Source: Acidimicrobiia bacterium
GTDB taxonomy: Bacteria > Actinomycetota > Acidimicrobiia > Acidimicrobiales > VFJN01
NCBI GenBank assembly: GCA_047459075.1
Contig: VSCH01000014.1
Span: 4,833 to 68,832 of the forward strand
Direction of reading: 5' to 3'
DNA length: 64,000 nt
Shown: in pieces, positions 46,445-56,602 of the stretch
How positions within the stretch are numbered: position 1 is the first letter of the stretch
Layout of the letters: every line of letters starts with the position of its first letter
Made by a program: the position numbers and the translations under genes
The notes under the pieces: model-generated
Told to the model about the DNA's origin: nothing
Database searches by the model: none
The model's input: the letters and a program-made list of their open reading frames with translations, nothing else

Positions 46445-47134
46445 GTGAGCGCCGACATGCCCCCACCGCGACCCGACACCGCCCCGACCCCGGACGGGCC
46501 GGCGGTGACGATCCAGGCCGTGCTGTTCGACCTCACCGGCGTCCTCACCTCCTCGCCGTGGCCGGCGCTGGAGGCCTCGGCCGGCGGCGACCTGGAGCTG
46601 CTGACCGGCCCCTACCACGAGGACACCGACCACCCGTGGCACCGCCTGGAGCGGGGCGAGATCACGCTCGAGGAGTGGCTGCTCGCGGTCACCGCCCTGG
46701 CGGAGGAGCAGGGGCGGACGCTCGACCTGTCGCCCATGCGCACGCTGCTCGACGACCTCACCGTCCACGAGGACGTCGTCGAGCACGTCGCCGGGCTGCG
46801 GGCCGACGGCTACCGGACGGCGCTGGTCACCAACAACGTGCGGGAGGGCGCGTCGACCTGGCGGGCCAAGCTGCCGGTGGACGACCTGTTCGACGTCGTC
46901 GTCGACAGCTCGGCCGTGGGCATGCGCAAGCCCGACCCGGCGATCTTCACCCACACGCTCGACCTGCTCGGGGGCGTGGCGCCCGAGCGGGCCGTGTTCC
47001 TCGACGACGTCGAGAGCAACCTCGCGGGCGCCCGCCGGGCCGGCCTGCACACGATCCTCGTCGGCGACCCGCCGGCCGACGCGCTGCGGGCGCTCGATAC
47101 GCTGCTGGGCCGCCGCGCCGGCACCGGCGTGTGA
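46445..47134 (+). CDS. HAD-superfamily hydrolase
   Basis: AVLFDLTGVL (motif I), LVTNN, VFLDDVESNL. Start is either GTG 46445 or ATG 46457. Confidence 0.75.
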   Translation: MSADMPPPRPDTAPTPDGPAVTIQAVLFDLTGVLTSSPWPALEASAGGDLELLTGPYHEDTDHPWHRLERGEITLEEWLLAVTALAEEQGRTLDLSPMRTLLDDLTVHEDVVEHVAGLRADGYRTALVTNNVREGASTWRAKLPVDDLFDVVVDSSAVGMRKPDPAIFTHTLDLLGGVAPERAVFLDDVESNLAGARRAGLHTILVGDPPADALRALDTLLGRRAGTGV

Positions 47135-47175
47135 CGCCGGCGTCCGGACCCGCCCCCGAGCCCCCGAGGACGCCC

Positions 47176-47709
47176 ATGGCCGACATCGCCGAGACCATCG
47201 AGGAGAGCGGCCGCCGCATCGGCAGCCACGCCTGGGTCGAGGCGCGGCTGTTCGAGGTCGTCGGCCGGTGGTCGGGCACGGTGCCCGAGCCCCGCGCCCG
47301 GGTCCTGTTCGCCCGCCAGAGCCACCACCACGCCTGGCACGCCGAGATGTGGCACGACCTCCTGCCCGCGCTGCCGCACCTGCCGACCGACGAGCTCGTC
47401 GCCCCCACGGAGGGCGACGCGGCGCTGGTCGCGGCGCTCGAGGAGCCCGACGCGCCGGCCGGCGGGGACGGCGCCGGCGAGCAGGGCGAGGACGGCCGCC
47501 TGGCCACCCTGGGCCGGCTCACCGCGCTCTACCGGCGGGTGCTGCCCGAGCTCGCCGCCCGCTACGCCGACCACCTCGCCCGCACGACGCCCGTGACCGA
47601 CGGCCCGACCATCCGCGTGCTCCGCCTGGTCACCGCCGACATCGAGGCGGACACGGCCGAGGGCGAGGCGCTGATCGAGGCCCTCGGCGGGCCCCACCCC
47701 CCGACCTGA
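47176..47709 (+). CDS. hypothetical protein (helical, His-rich patch HHHAWHAEMWHD)
   Basis: ATG 47176 and high GC3. I do not recognise a family. Confidence 0.55.
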   Translation: MADIAETIEESGRRIGSHAWVEARLFEVVGRWSGTVPEPRARVLFARQSHHHAWHAEMWHDLLPALPHLPTDELVAPTEGDAALVAALEEPDAPAGGDGAGEQGEDGRLATLGRLTALYRRVLPELAARYADHLARTTPVTDGPTIRVLRLVTADIEADTAEGEALIEALGGPHPPT

Positions 47710-47728
47710 GGCGCCGCTCCCGGCCCGG

Positions 47729-47929
47729 TCAGCCCGGCGAGGGATCGACCCCGAGCAGGCGACGCAGCGGCGCCCGCATGGGCGGCGGCGGGGCGTCGCG
47801 GCCGGTCGACCGCAGCACCCGGAGGACCGCCGCCAGCTCGGTCAGTCCCCGGAGGTCCGGGCGCGGGCGCGCGACCTCGCCCGCGAGGAGGCGCTCGGCG
47901 TCGGTCCCGGTCAGCTCGGTGGAGGACAT
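47729..47929 (-). CDS. small hypothetical protein downstream of the ECF sigma gene (possible cognate partner)
   Basis: 66 aa with high GC3, preceded by GGGTAGGG. No TM helix and no zinc-binding anti-sigma motif seen. Confidence 0.4.
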   Translation of the reverse strand: MSSTELTGTDAERLLAGEVARPRPDLRGLTELAAVLRVLRSTGRDAPPPPMRAPLRRLLGVDPSPG

Positions 47930-48010
47930 CCCTACCCGTCGCGAACGTTCGCGGGGCCGCGCCGGATATGGGCACGCCGGAGGGGACCGCTGCCGCCGTG
48001 CGGCGGCCGG

Positions 48011-48616
48011 TCACACGAGGGCGACCTGGTTCTCGAGGTGGCGGCGCAGGGACGCCAGCGCCCGGTGCTGCAGCGCCTTGACCGCGCCCTCGCGCTTGCC
48101 GAGCAGACGGGCCACCTCCTCGACGGACAGGTCGGCGACCACCCGCAGCAGCACGACGTCGCGCTGGTCGGGCGACAGGACGCCGAGCAGCTCGCGCACG
48201 CTCTCGTGGGACAGGAGCGCGAAGGCGTCCTCCTCGACGTCGCCCCAGTCGGCGCTGGTGTCCTCGACGCCGACCTCACCCTGGAGCATCGGCTGGCGGC
48301 TGTTGCGCCGCCGGTCGTCGACCATCCGGTGGTGGGCGATCGTGAACAGCCACGACCTGAAGCTGCGGTCGTCGCCCTCGAACCCGCCCAGCTTGCGGTG
48401 GACCTGGGCGAAGACGTCGTTGGTCAGGCCGTCGGGGTCGCTGGCCCGGTGCCAGCGGAGGTACGAGGCGACCTGGCCGGCGAAGCGGCGGTAGAGGTGC
48501 TCGAAGGCGATCGGGCAGCCGGCCCGGGCGTCGTGGACGAGTGCGGTGACCGGGAGGTCGCGGCGGAAGCGGCTCGGCGACGTGGTCGCTTGGCTCCGTC
48601 GGTCGCTGGACTGCAC
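48011..48616 (-). CDS. ECF-type RNA polymerase sigma factor
   Basis: Region 2 (FEHLYRRFAGQVASYLR...DVFAQVH) and region 4 (DVVLLRVVADLSVEEVARLLGKREGAVKALQHRAL). Confidence 0.85.
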   Translation of the reverse strand: MQSSDRRSQATTSPSRFRRDLPVTALVHDARAGCPIAFEHLYRRFAGQVASYLRWHRASDPDGLTNDVFAQVHRKLGGFEGDDRSFRSWLFTIAHHRMVDDRRRNSRQPMLQGEVGVEDTSADWGDVEEDAFALLSHESVRELLGVLSPDQRDVVLLRVVADLSVEEVARLLGKREGAVKALQHRALASLRRHLENQVALV

Positions 48617-48924
48617 GTGAGTCCTTCCCCCCGGATCTCCCAGGCCGTCGGCGGTCGGTGTCGTCGCTGCCGTCCCCGGCCGGTCACCTTAGCCAACGGC
48701 GACCGGCGACGCCGGGTGACCGTGGTCGCCGGGGTCGGGTCCGTCACCCGTCGTGGGCGTCGAGGTGGTCACTCTTGACCGCACCGGTATCCTTTGACGC
48801 GCCCAGGTTGCCCGGAGGTGACCTGGGGCACCGAGTCGACCGTGTCCGCTCCGGGAGCTGTTTCCGTCCCCGGGGTGACGCGGGGCTCCGCACGGACCGA
48901 GTCAGACGCGAGAAGGACGTTACG

Positions 48925-49860
<936 letters not shown>

Positions 49861-49885
49861 CCCGACCGGGCAACGGCACGTTCCC

Positions 49886-49909
49886 GGGGCGCCCCGCCGG
49901 GGGCGCCCC
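49886..49909. terminator. bidirectional palindromic GC hairpin between convergent genes
   Basis: GGGGCGCCCC-gccg-GGGGCGCCCC. Confidence 0.5.
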
Positions 49910-49944
49910 GTGTCGCGCCCGGGCCCGGGGCCCGGCCGGCCCGG

Positions 49945-51660
49945 TCAGCGCACGCCCGTGCGCTCGAGGATCTCGTCCAGCCGCAGCACGTCGCTGGTGG
50001 TGACGATGCCGACGAACCGGTCGTCGTTGTCGACGACCGCGAGGACGTCGGTGTCGCCCCGCTCCATCGCCTGCACGGCGTCGCGCACCAGCCAGGTCGG
50101 CCGGCCCCGGGTGAGGTCGGTCCGGGCGATCTCCCGCACCTCGGTGGTGGCCCACGCCTCGCGGCGGACGGCGACGACCTCGTCGAGGACCGCCATCCCC
50201 CGGTAGCGGTTGCCCTCGTCGACCACGGGCACCGCCCGCCGCCGCTGCCCGACGAGGTGCACGGTGAGGAACTCCTCGATCGTGGCGTCGGGCGGCACCG
50301 TGCGGACGTCGGTCGTCATGACCGCGGTGATGGGCAGCTCGAAGCGGCGCTCCAGGTGGCCGAGCCGGCCGGCCCGCTGGTACCGGGCCACCGAGTGCGA
50401 GTCGCCGACGAGCAGCTGCGACGCCGCCGTGGCGAGCAGCGCCGGCACGACGAAGGCCGGGCTGCCGGTCGTCTCGGCGACGAACACGACGCCGGCCAGC
50501 GGCGTGCGGTAGCCGGCGCCGAGGAAGGCCGCCATGCCGACGACCACGAGCAGGTCGATGTCGTCCATGCCCAGGGCGCTGGCCGCCACCCGGCCGGTCA
50601 GCGCGCCGGTGACCACCAGCGGGATGAACAGGCCGCCGACGCCGCCGGCGCCGTAGGTGGCCATGACCGCGGCGACCCGCACGAGGAGCAGGAGGACGAC
50701 GAGCCACACGCCGTGCTCCGGGTCGGTCGCCCAGGCGATGGCGTCGTAGCCGGGGCCGAGCGACAGGGGCGCGTCGAGGGCCGCGTCGGACACCCAGGCC
50801 AGCAGCGCGAGCATCGCCCCGCCGACGGCCAGGCGGGTCAGCCACGGGACGGCGACCACCTGCTCGCTGCGCAGGTGGTTGATGGCGACGCTGAACAGGC
50901 GGGCGCCGAGGCCGCACAGGACGCCGATCAGCAGGGCGCCGCCGATCTCCCGCCACCCGAAGCCGAAGGTGCCCGCGACGGGCAGGAGCGGGTCGGTGCC
51001 CTTGACCGCCGCGAAGGTCAGGTAGCTCGTCGCCGCGGCCACCATCGCCGGCAGGACGTTGCGGCGGGCCACGTCGGCCCGGTACGGGACCTCGATGGCG
51101 AAGAGCGCGCCCGCGGCCGGCGCCTTGAACACCGCGGCGACGCCGGCGGCCGCCCCGGCGACGAGCAGCAGCTTGGCGTCCTCGCGGGAGAAGAACCGGC
51201 TGAAGCGGCGCTGCAGACCGGCACCGACGACGGAGCCGGCGTAGATGGACGGGCCCTCGAGGCCCAGCGCACCGCCGTAGCCGATCGTGCCGATGCTGGC
51301 GAGCACGCGGGCGACGGCGGGGCGGGGGTCGATGCGGTGATCGGCCTGCTCGTGGAAGGCGCGGATGTACTCATCGGACGTCGTCGGGCTCGCGCCGTCG
51401 CCGATCCACCGCAGGCACACGCCCGCGACGAGCAGGCCGAGGGTCGGGGCCAGCGCCTGGAGGGCGAGGGGCTGGTCGGCGACCGCCGCGAAGAGCCACT
51501 CGACGGTGGCGTGCTCGATGGCCAGGACGACCGCGCCGACGAGGACGCCGGTCACCGCCGCGAGCAGCAGCGTCTGGTTGGTGCGACGCCCGATGACCCG
51601 CGCCTCGGACTGCCGACGGGTGGACAGCAGCGGACGAGACGCGAGCATGAGCGCAGACAT
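49945..51660 (-). CDS. ClC-family chloride channel/antiporter with C-terminal CBS pair
   Basis: GGALGLEGPSIYAG, GGLFIPLVVTG, many TM helices, and a C-terminal CBS pair. Confidence 0.85.
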   Translation of the reverse strand: MSALMLASRPLLSTRRQSEARVIGRRTNQTLLLAAVTGVLVGAVVLAIEHATVEWLFAAVADQPLALQALAPTLGLLVAGVCLRWIGDGASPTTSDEYIRAFHEQADHRIDPRPAVARVLASIGTIGYGGALGLEGPSIYAGSVVGAGLQRRFSRFFSREDAKLLLVAGAAAGVAAVFKAPAAGALFAIEVPYRADVARRNVLPAMVAAATSYLTFAAVKGTDPLLPVAGTFGFGWREIGGALLIGVLCGLGARLFSVAINHLRSEQVVAVPWLTRLAVGGAMLALLAWVSDAALDAPLSLGPGYDAIAWATDPEHGVWLVVLLLLVRVAAVMATYGAGGVGGLFIPLVVTGALTGRVAASALGMDDIDLLVVVGMAAFLGAGYRTPLAGVVFVAETTGSPAFVVPALLATAASQLLVGDSHSVARYQRAGRLGHLERRFELPITAVMTTDVRTVPPDATIEEFLTVHLVGQRRRAVPVVDEGNRYRGMAVLDEVVAVRREAWATTEVREIARTDLTRGRPTWLVRDAVQAMERGDTDVLAVVDNDDRFVGIVTTSDVLRLDEILERTGVR

Positions 51661-51789
51661 TACGTCGCCGGTGGCGGGCCGCCGGAAGCGGGGGAGGGCG
51701 GCCCGGGCCCGTCCGGACGGGGTCGCCGTGACCCCCGGGCCGGCCGCGCCGGCGTCACGAGATCGCGTCGAACGCGGCCGCCGGGACCG

Positions 51790-52716
51790 CTACGATCGCC
51801 GCCATGAAGAAGCTGCTGCTGCTCGTCGTGATCGCTGCCCTGGCCACCATCGCCACGAAGAAGGTGCGCTCGGCCTGACGTTCGGGACGGCCCTCCCCGC
51901 TCCCCCGGTGCCACGCCGCGGGGGTGGTGAGGGCCGTCGCCGTTCCCACGCCCAGCGCGCCAGCACCCCCACGCCCACGGCGGCCAGCAGCGCGCCGCCG
52001 CCCACGGCGGCGTGGCGGGGTGCCGGCAGGGGGACGCGCTCCCGCAGGGGAACCCGGCGGGTGAAGCGCCGGACCTCCCAGCCGCGCCGGCGGGCGGTGC
52101 GCAGCAGCTCGCGGTCGGGGTTGACCGCGACCGGGTGCCCGACCGCCTCCAGCATCGGGAGGTCGGTGGCCGAGTCGCTGTAGGCGTACGACGCCGCCAG
52201 GTCGAGGCCGTCGCGGGCGGCGACGGCCTCGATGGCCTCGCGCTTGTGGGGCCCGTAGCAGTAGAACTCGGTGCGGCCGGTGTAGCGGCCGTGCTCGTCG
52301 AGCTCGGCCCGGGTGGCGATCGCCTCGTCCACCCCCAGGTAGCGGGCCAGCGGGGCCACGATCTCCTCGGGCGAGGCGGACACGAGGAAGACCTTCCGCC
52401 CGGCCGCCCGGTGCTCGCGGATGAGCTCGAGCGCCTCGTCGTAGACGATGGGCTCGACCACCTCGACGAGGGTGTCCCGCACGATGGCGCTGATCTCCGC
52501 CTGGTCCCACCCCCTGGTCAGCCGCAGCACGGAGTCCCGCAGCTTGTCGAGCTTCCGCTGCGAGGCGCCGAACTGGGCGTAGACCAGCTGCCCCCAGGCG
52601 GCCCGCAGCAGCGTGCGCCGCGACAGCAGGCCCGCCCGGTGCAGCGGGCCGCTGAAGGCCACCATCGAGGCCTTGGCGATGACGGTCTTGTCGAGGTCGA
52701 AGAAGGCCGCCTCCAC
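51790..52716 (-). CDS. HAD-IB (SerB-like) hydrolase with C-terminal membrane anchor; last ~55 codons doubtful
   Basis: GTG 52716. AFFDLDKTVI, LVSASPEEIV, YSDSATDLPML, and TM GGGALLAAVGVGVLARWAW. After WERRR the codons become A/T-ending and Arg/Ser/Trp-rich. Confidence 0.75.
   Translation of the reverse strand: MEAAFFDLDKTVIAKASMVAFSGPLHRAGLLSRRTLLRAAWGQLVYAQFGASQRKLDKLRDSVLRLTRGWDQAEISAIVRDTLVEVVEPIVYDEALELIREHRAAGRKVFLVSASPEEIVAPLARYLGVDEAIATRAELDEHGRYTGRTEFYCYGPHKREAIEAVAARDGLDLAASYAYSDSATDLPMLEAVGHPVAVNPDRELLRTARRRGWEVRRFTRRVPLRERVPLPAPRHAAVGGGALLAAVGVGVLARWAWERRRPSPPPRRGTGGAGRAVPNVRPSAPSSWRWWPGQRSRRAAAASSWRRS
51804..51878 (+). CDS. candidate 24-aa hydrophobic micro-protein, possibly leaderless
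   Basis: Own translation: MKKLLLLVVIAALATIATKKVRSA. 23 of 24 codons end in G/C. A TACGAT -10-like hexamer ends 7 nt before the ATG. It lies antisense to the low-GC3 tail of the HAD-IB ORF. Confidence 0.35.
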   Translation: MKKLLLLVVIAALATIATKKVRSA

Positions 52717-52908
52717 GGGCGCCGACCCTACCGGCGGGCGTCCGGCCGCCCCGCGTGACCTCCGGCGCGCCGTGGATCGGACCCCTTGATGTCGCCCGTG
52801 GCGTCTGCGTAACCTTCGGCCCCCTCGCTGATGCCCGGGTGCCGTCCACCGCCCGCGGCAGGCCGTCGCTCCACGCCCTCGTCGCCCGCCGCCTGCCGTG
52901 GAGGTCCC

Positions 52909-53553
52909 GTGCTCGTCGCCTGCTGGTCGGTCAAGGGCGGGGTCGGCACCAGCGTCGTCGCCGCCTCGCTCGCCCTGCTGCTCGCCCGCGACGCGGCGCC
53001 CGGCGCGGTGCTCGCCGACCTGGCCGGCGACGCGCCCGCCGTGCTCGGGCTGCCCGAGCCGGCGGGCCCGGGGCTGGCCGGCTGGCTGGCCGCCGGGCCG
53101 GAGGTGCCGACCGACGGCCTCGCCCGGCTCGAGGTCGAGGCCGCCCCGGGGCTGGGGCTGCTGCCCCGGGGCGACGGACCGCTGGCGCCGGCCCGGGCCC
53201 GCGTGCTGGCCGCCGTGCTCGACCGCTCGCCCCGGCCGGCGGTCGTCGACTGCGGCCGCTGCGGCGACCCGGCGGTCGACGAGGTCATCCGGCGGGCGCC
53301 CGTGTCGCTGCTCGTCACCCGCCCCTGCTACCTGGCCGTGCGCCGGGCCGCGACGGCGCCGCTGCGGCCCACCGGGGTCGTCCTGGTCGACGAGCCCGGC
53401 CGCGTCCTGTCCGCCGGCGACGTCGAGGCGGCCGTGCGCACCCGGGTCGTGGCCCGGGTGCTCGTCGACCCGCTCGTCGCCCGCCTCGTCGACGCCGGGC
53501 TCCTCACCGGCCGGCTGCCCCGCACCCTCCACGTCCTGCGGGAGGTGGCCTGA
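52909..53553 (+). CDS. CpaE/TadZ-like ParA-fold protein with degenerate Walker A (Ssd-like)
   Basis: GTG 52909 after GGAGG. VLVACWSVKGGVGTSVVAASLA has Thr where the P-loop Lys is expected. Confidence 0.75.
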   Translation: MLVACWSVKGGVGTSVVAASLALLLARDAAPGAVLADLAGDAPAVLGLPEPAGPGLAGWLAAGPEVPTDGLARLEVEAAPGLGLLPRGDGPLAPARARVLAAVLDRSPRPAVVDCGRCGDPAVDEVIRRAPVSLLVTRPCYLAVRRAATAPLRPTGVVLVDEPGRVLSAGDVEAAVRTRVVARVLVDPLVARLVDAGLLTGRLPRTLHVLREVA

Positions 53554-53554
53554 G

Positions 53555-54676
53555 GTGGGCTCGCTCGACGCCCGCGTCCACGAGCGGGTCCTGGCGTCCG
53601 CGGACGGCGGCCCGCTCGACGACGCCGCGCTGGCCGAGCACGTGCGCGCCGAGGCGCCCCTGCTCGGCCCCGACGAGGTGGTGGCGACGGTCGCCCGGGT
53701 GCGGGCCCGCATCGACGGCCTCGGGCCCATCGAGCCGCTGCTGGCCGACCCGGCGGTCACCGACGTGCTGGTCAACGGCCCCGGACCGGTGTGGGTCGAG
53801 CGGGCCGGGCGGCTGACCCGCACCGACGTCGTGCTGGACGACGCCGGCATCGCCCTGCTCGTCGAGCGGGTCGTGGCGCCCCTCGGGCTGCGGGCCGACC
53901 GGACCGCCCCCGTCGTCGACGCCCGCCTGCCCGACGGCTCCCGGGTCCACGTCGTGCTGGCGCCCCTCGCCGTCGACGGGCCGGTCGTGACCATCCGGCG
54001 CTTCGGCGCCGCCGAGGTGGGGCTGGGCGCGTTCTGCGGGCCGGCCGTCGCCGACCTGCTGGCCGGGGCGGTGGCCGACGGGCTCAACGTGCTGGTGTCG
54101 GGCGGTACCGGCGCCGGGAAGACCACGCTGCTCAACGCGCTCTGCCGCCACCTGCCGCCGGGCGAGCGGGTCGTCACCATCGAGGACGCGGCCGAGCTCC
54201 GCCTGCCCGGCGACCACGTCGTCCGGCTCGAGACCCGCCCCGCCACGCCGGACGGGCTCCCGGCCGTCGGCGTGCGCGAGCTGGTGCGGGCGGCGCTGCG
54301 CATGCGGCCCGACCGCATCGTCGTCGGCGAGGTCCGGGGCGCCGAGGCCTTCGACATGCTCCAGGCGATGAACACCGGCCACGGCGGGTGCCTGTCCACC
54401 TGCCACGCCAACGGGCCGGCGGACGCCCTGCGGCGGGTCGAGACCATGGCCCTGCTCGGCGGTGTCGACGTGCCGCTGCTCGTGGTGCGCCGCCAGATGC
54501 TCCGGGCCGTCGACCTCGTCGTCCACGTCGCCCGCGGGGCCGGGGCGTCGCGACGGGTCACGGCCGTGGCCGAGGTCGTCGAGCACGACGACGACCGCCT
54601 CGAGGTGCGCCCGCTCGCCGACGCCCACGGCGTGGTCGGCCGCCGCCGGCGCCCGGCCCGGGCAGGTGGGGCGTGA
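53555..54676 (+). CDS. tadA: TadA/CpaF-type secretion ATPase
   Basis: Walker A SGGTGAGKTTLLNAL, TIEDAAEL, GEVRGAEAFDMLQAMNTGHGG. Confidence 0.9.
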   Translation: MGSLDARVHERVLASADGGPLDDAALAEHVRAEAPLLGPDEVVATVARVRARIDGLGPIEPLLADPAVTDVLVNGPGPVWVERAGRLTRTDVVLDDAGIALLVERVVAPLGLRADRTAPVVDARLPDGSRVHVVLAPLAVDGPVVTIRRFGAAEVGLGAFCGPAVADLLAGAVADGLNVLVSGGTGAGKTTLLNALCRHLPPGERVVTIEDAAELRLPGDHVVRLETRPATPDGLPAVGVRELVRAALRMRPDRIVVGEVRGAEAFDMLQAMNTGHGGCLSTCHANGPADALRRVETMALLGGVDVPLLVVRRQMLRAVDLVVHVARGAGASRRVTAVAEVVEHDDDRLEVRPLADAHGVVGRRRRPARAGGA

Positions 54677-55506
54677 GCGCGTCGCCGCCGGCCCTGGCGG
54701 CCGTCGCCGTCGTGGCGGCCGTTGCCGTGGGGTGCAGCCTCGACGGCGCCCTGGCCCGGCGCCGGGTGCGCCGCCGGCTCGCCGACCCCGCCCACGCGCC
54801 GGCCGGCCGGGACGGGGAGCGGCGGCGGGTGGCCGCCGTGGGCGCCGTCGCCGCTGGGGTGGGCGCGGCCTGGGCCGCCGCCGGTCCCTGGGCGGTCGGC
54901 GGGCTGGTGGCGGTCGCGGCCGCCGGCCCCGTCCGGGCGGCGGTGCGCCGGCGGTCGGCGCGACGGCGGCAGCGGCGGCGGCAGCTGCCGGGCGCCCTCG
55001 ACCGGCTGGCGGCCGCGCTGCGCACCGGGTCGTCGCTCACCACCGCGCTCGAGGAGGTCGGCGCCACCGTCGAGCCGCCCCTCGGGCCGGAGCTGGCGGC
55101 GCTGGGCGCGGCGAGCGCCCGGGGCCGGCCGCTGCGCGACGTGCTCGCCGAGTGGGCCGACGCCCACGACGACCCCGACACCCGGCTGGCGGCCTCGGCG
55201 CTCGTGCTGGCGTCGGTGGTCGGCTCGGCGCCGGCCCGGGCCGTCGACGGCGTGGCGGCCACAGTGCGCGAGCGCCTCGACCTCGCCGACGAGCGGCGGG
55301 CCATGGCGGCCCAGGCCCGGGCCAGCGCGCTGGTGCTGTCGGCCGCCCCGGCGCTGTTCGCCGCCGTGCTGGTCGCGGCCGACACCGCGGCGGCCCGGTT
55401 CCTGCTGTCGTCGCCGGCCGGGTGGGCCTGCCTCACCCTCGGCGTGGCGCTCGACGCCGCCGGCGCGTGGTGGATGGCCCGCATCACCGCGGGCGAGCGG
55501 CCGTGA
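54673..55506 (+). CDS. tadB: TadB-like type II secretion system F-domain membrane protein
   Basis: GTGA overlap with tadA. QLPGALDRLAAALRTGSSL...ARASALVLSAAP and TM helices. Confidence 0.7.
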   Translation: MSASPPALAAVAVVAAVAVGCSLDGALARRRVRRRLADPAHAPAGRDGERRRVAAVGAVAAGVGAAWAAAGPWAVGGLVAVAAAGPVRAAVRRRSARRRQRRRQLPGALDRLAAALRTGSSLTTALEEVGATVEPPLGPELAALGAASARGRPLRDVLAEWADAHDDPDTRLAASALVLASVVGSAPARAVDGVAATVRERLDLADERRAMAAQARASALVLSAAPALFAAVLVAADTAAARFLLSSPAGWACLTLGVALDAAGAWWMARITAGERP

Positions 55507-56336
55507 CCGCCGTCGTGGCCGCGCTCGCGCTCGGCTGGGCGCTGGTCGTGGGGGTGGCGGCCTCGGGTGCGGCCACGCGGTCGACCTGCCGGCGACCGGT
55601 CGCGACCGGGCCGGTGCCGGCGGCGAGCGCCCGGGCCGGGGGTCGGGCCGTCGCCGGGCGTGGCGCCGCCCGGTCCCCCGCCGTCGCCCTCGGCGCGGCC
55701 GTCCTCCGGCTCGCCGGCCGGCCCGAGCGGGCCACCGGCCCCGCGGCCGCCCGCCGCACCGGGTGGGCCGCCCTCGTGGCGGGCGCCCTGCTGCCCGTCT
55801 CGCCGGTGCTGGCGGCCGCGCCCCTGGCCTGGGCCCTGGCCGGGCCGATGCTGGCCGCCCGGCGCGCCGCCGCCCGCCACGAGGCGGCGGTGGTCGACCA
55901 GCTGCCGGACATCGTCGACCTCCTCGCCCTCACCGCCGCCGCCGGCCTGCCGGTCCCCGCGGCCCTCGTGGCCATCGGCGACCGCCCGGGCGGACCGCTG
56001 GGCGCGGCGTGCGCCCGGGCCGCCGCCGTCGTCCGGCGCGGGGGCACGACGGCCGGTGCCCTCGCCGAGGTGGCGGCCGCCGGCCCCGCCGTCCGCCCCC
56101 TGGTCGACGCGCTGGCCCAGCACGTCCGCTACGGCACGCCGCTCGTGCCGGCGCTCGACCGGGTCGGCATCGAGGCCCGGGCCCGCCGGCGCCGGCGGGC
56201 CGAGGAGGCGGCCCGGCGCCTGCCGGTGGCCCTGCTCTTCCCCCTCGTGCTCACGACGTTCCCCGCGTTCGTGCTGCTCACCGTCGTCCCGCTGCTGGCG
56301 GGATCGTTCGGCTCCCTGAGCCTCACACCCGTCTGA
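55503..56336 (+). CDS. tadC: TadC-like type II secretion system F-domain membrane protein
   Basis: GTGA overlap with tadB. QLPDIVDLLALTAAAGLPV...RRLPVALLFPLVLTTFPAFVLL. Confidence 0.7.
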   Translation: MTAVVAALALGWALVVGVAASGAATRSTCRRPVATGPVPAASARAGGRAVAGRGAARSPAVALGAAVLRLAGRPERATGPAAARRTGWAALVAGALLPVSPVLAAAPLAWALAGPMLAARRAAARHEAAVVDQLPDIVDLLALTAAAGLPVPAALVAIGDRPGGPLGAACARAAAVVRRGGTTAGALAEVAAAGPAVRPLVDALAQHVRYGTPLVPALDRVGIEARARRRRRAEEAARRLPVALLFPLVLTTFPAFVLLTVVPLLAGSFGSLSLTPV

Positions 56337-56368
56337 GCGCGGCCCCGCCGCGCGACCAGGAGGCACCC

Positions 56369-56602
56369 ATGTCCCGACCGATCCACCGACCCGCCGTCCG
56401 GGTGCGCGCCGGCGCCCTCGTCCGGGCCGTCGCCGGCCGGCTCGCCGAGCGCGCCGACCGGGGTCAGGCCACCGCCGAGTACGGCCTGGTCATCCTCGCC
56501 GCCGGCGGCATCGCCCTCGGCGTCATCGCCTGGGCCGGCGGCACCGGCGCCTTCACCGACCTGTTCGAGTCGGTGCTCGACCGCCTCGCCGCGTCGTTGT
56601 GA
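56369..56602 (+). CDS. Flp-like pilin candidate (DUF4244-type)
   Basis: ATG after CAGGAGG. 32-aa basic leader, then GQATAEYGLVILAAGGIALGVIAWAGG (G/xxxxEY-type motif plus a hydrophobic helix). Confidence 0.7.
   Translation: MSRPIHRPAVRVRAGALVRAVAGRLAERADRGQATAEYGLVILAAGGIALGVIAWAGGTGAFTDLFESVLDRLAASL

Noticed and set aside
52717-52908. Looked here for the 6C/B11 sRNA, because in M. tuberculosis I recall it lying between the ssd-like (Rv3660c) and SerB-like (Rv3661) genes.
   Set aside because: There are C-runs (ACCCC, GGCCCCC) and an 8-bp stem (CGGCAGGC/GCCTGCCG), but I could not fold two hairpins with C-rich loops. The better candidate is in the whiB-fxsA spacer.
52717-55167. Upstream extension of the HAD-IB ORF (the track ORF is 1125 aa).
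   Set aside because: HAD motif I (FFDLDKT) follows GTG 52716 directly. Everything upstream is Arg/Ser/Thr/Pro shadow antisense to the tad genes.
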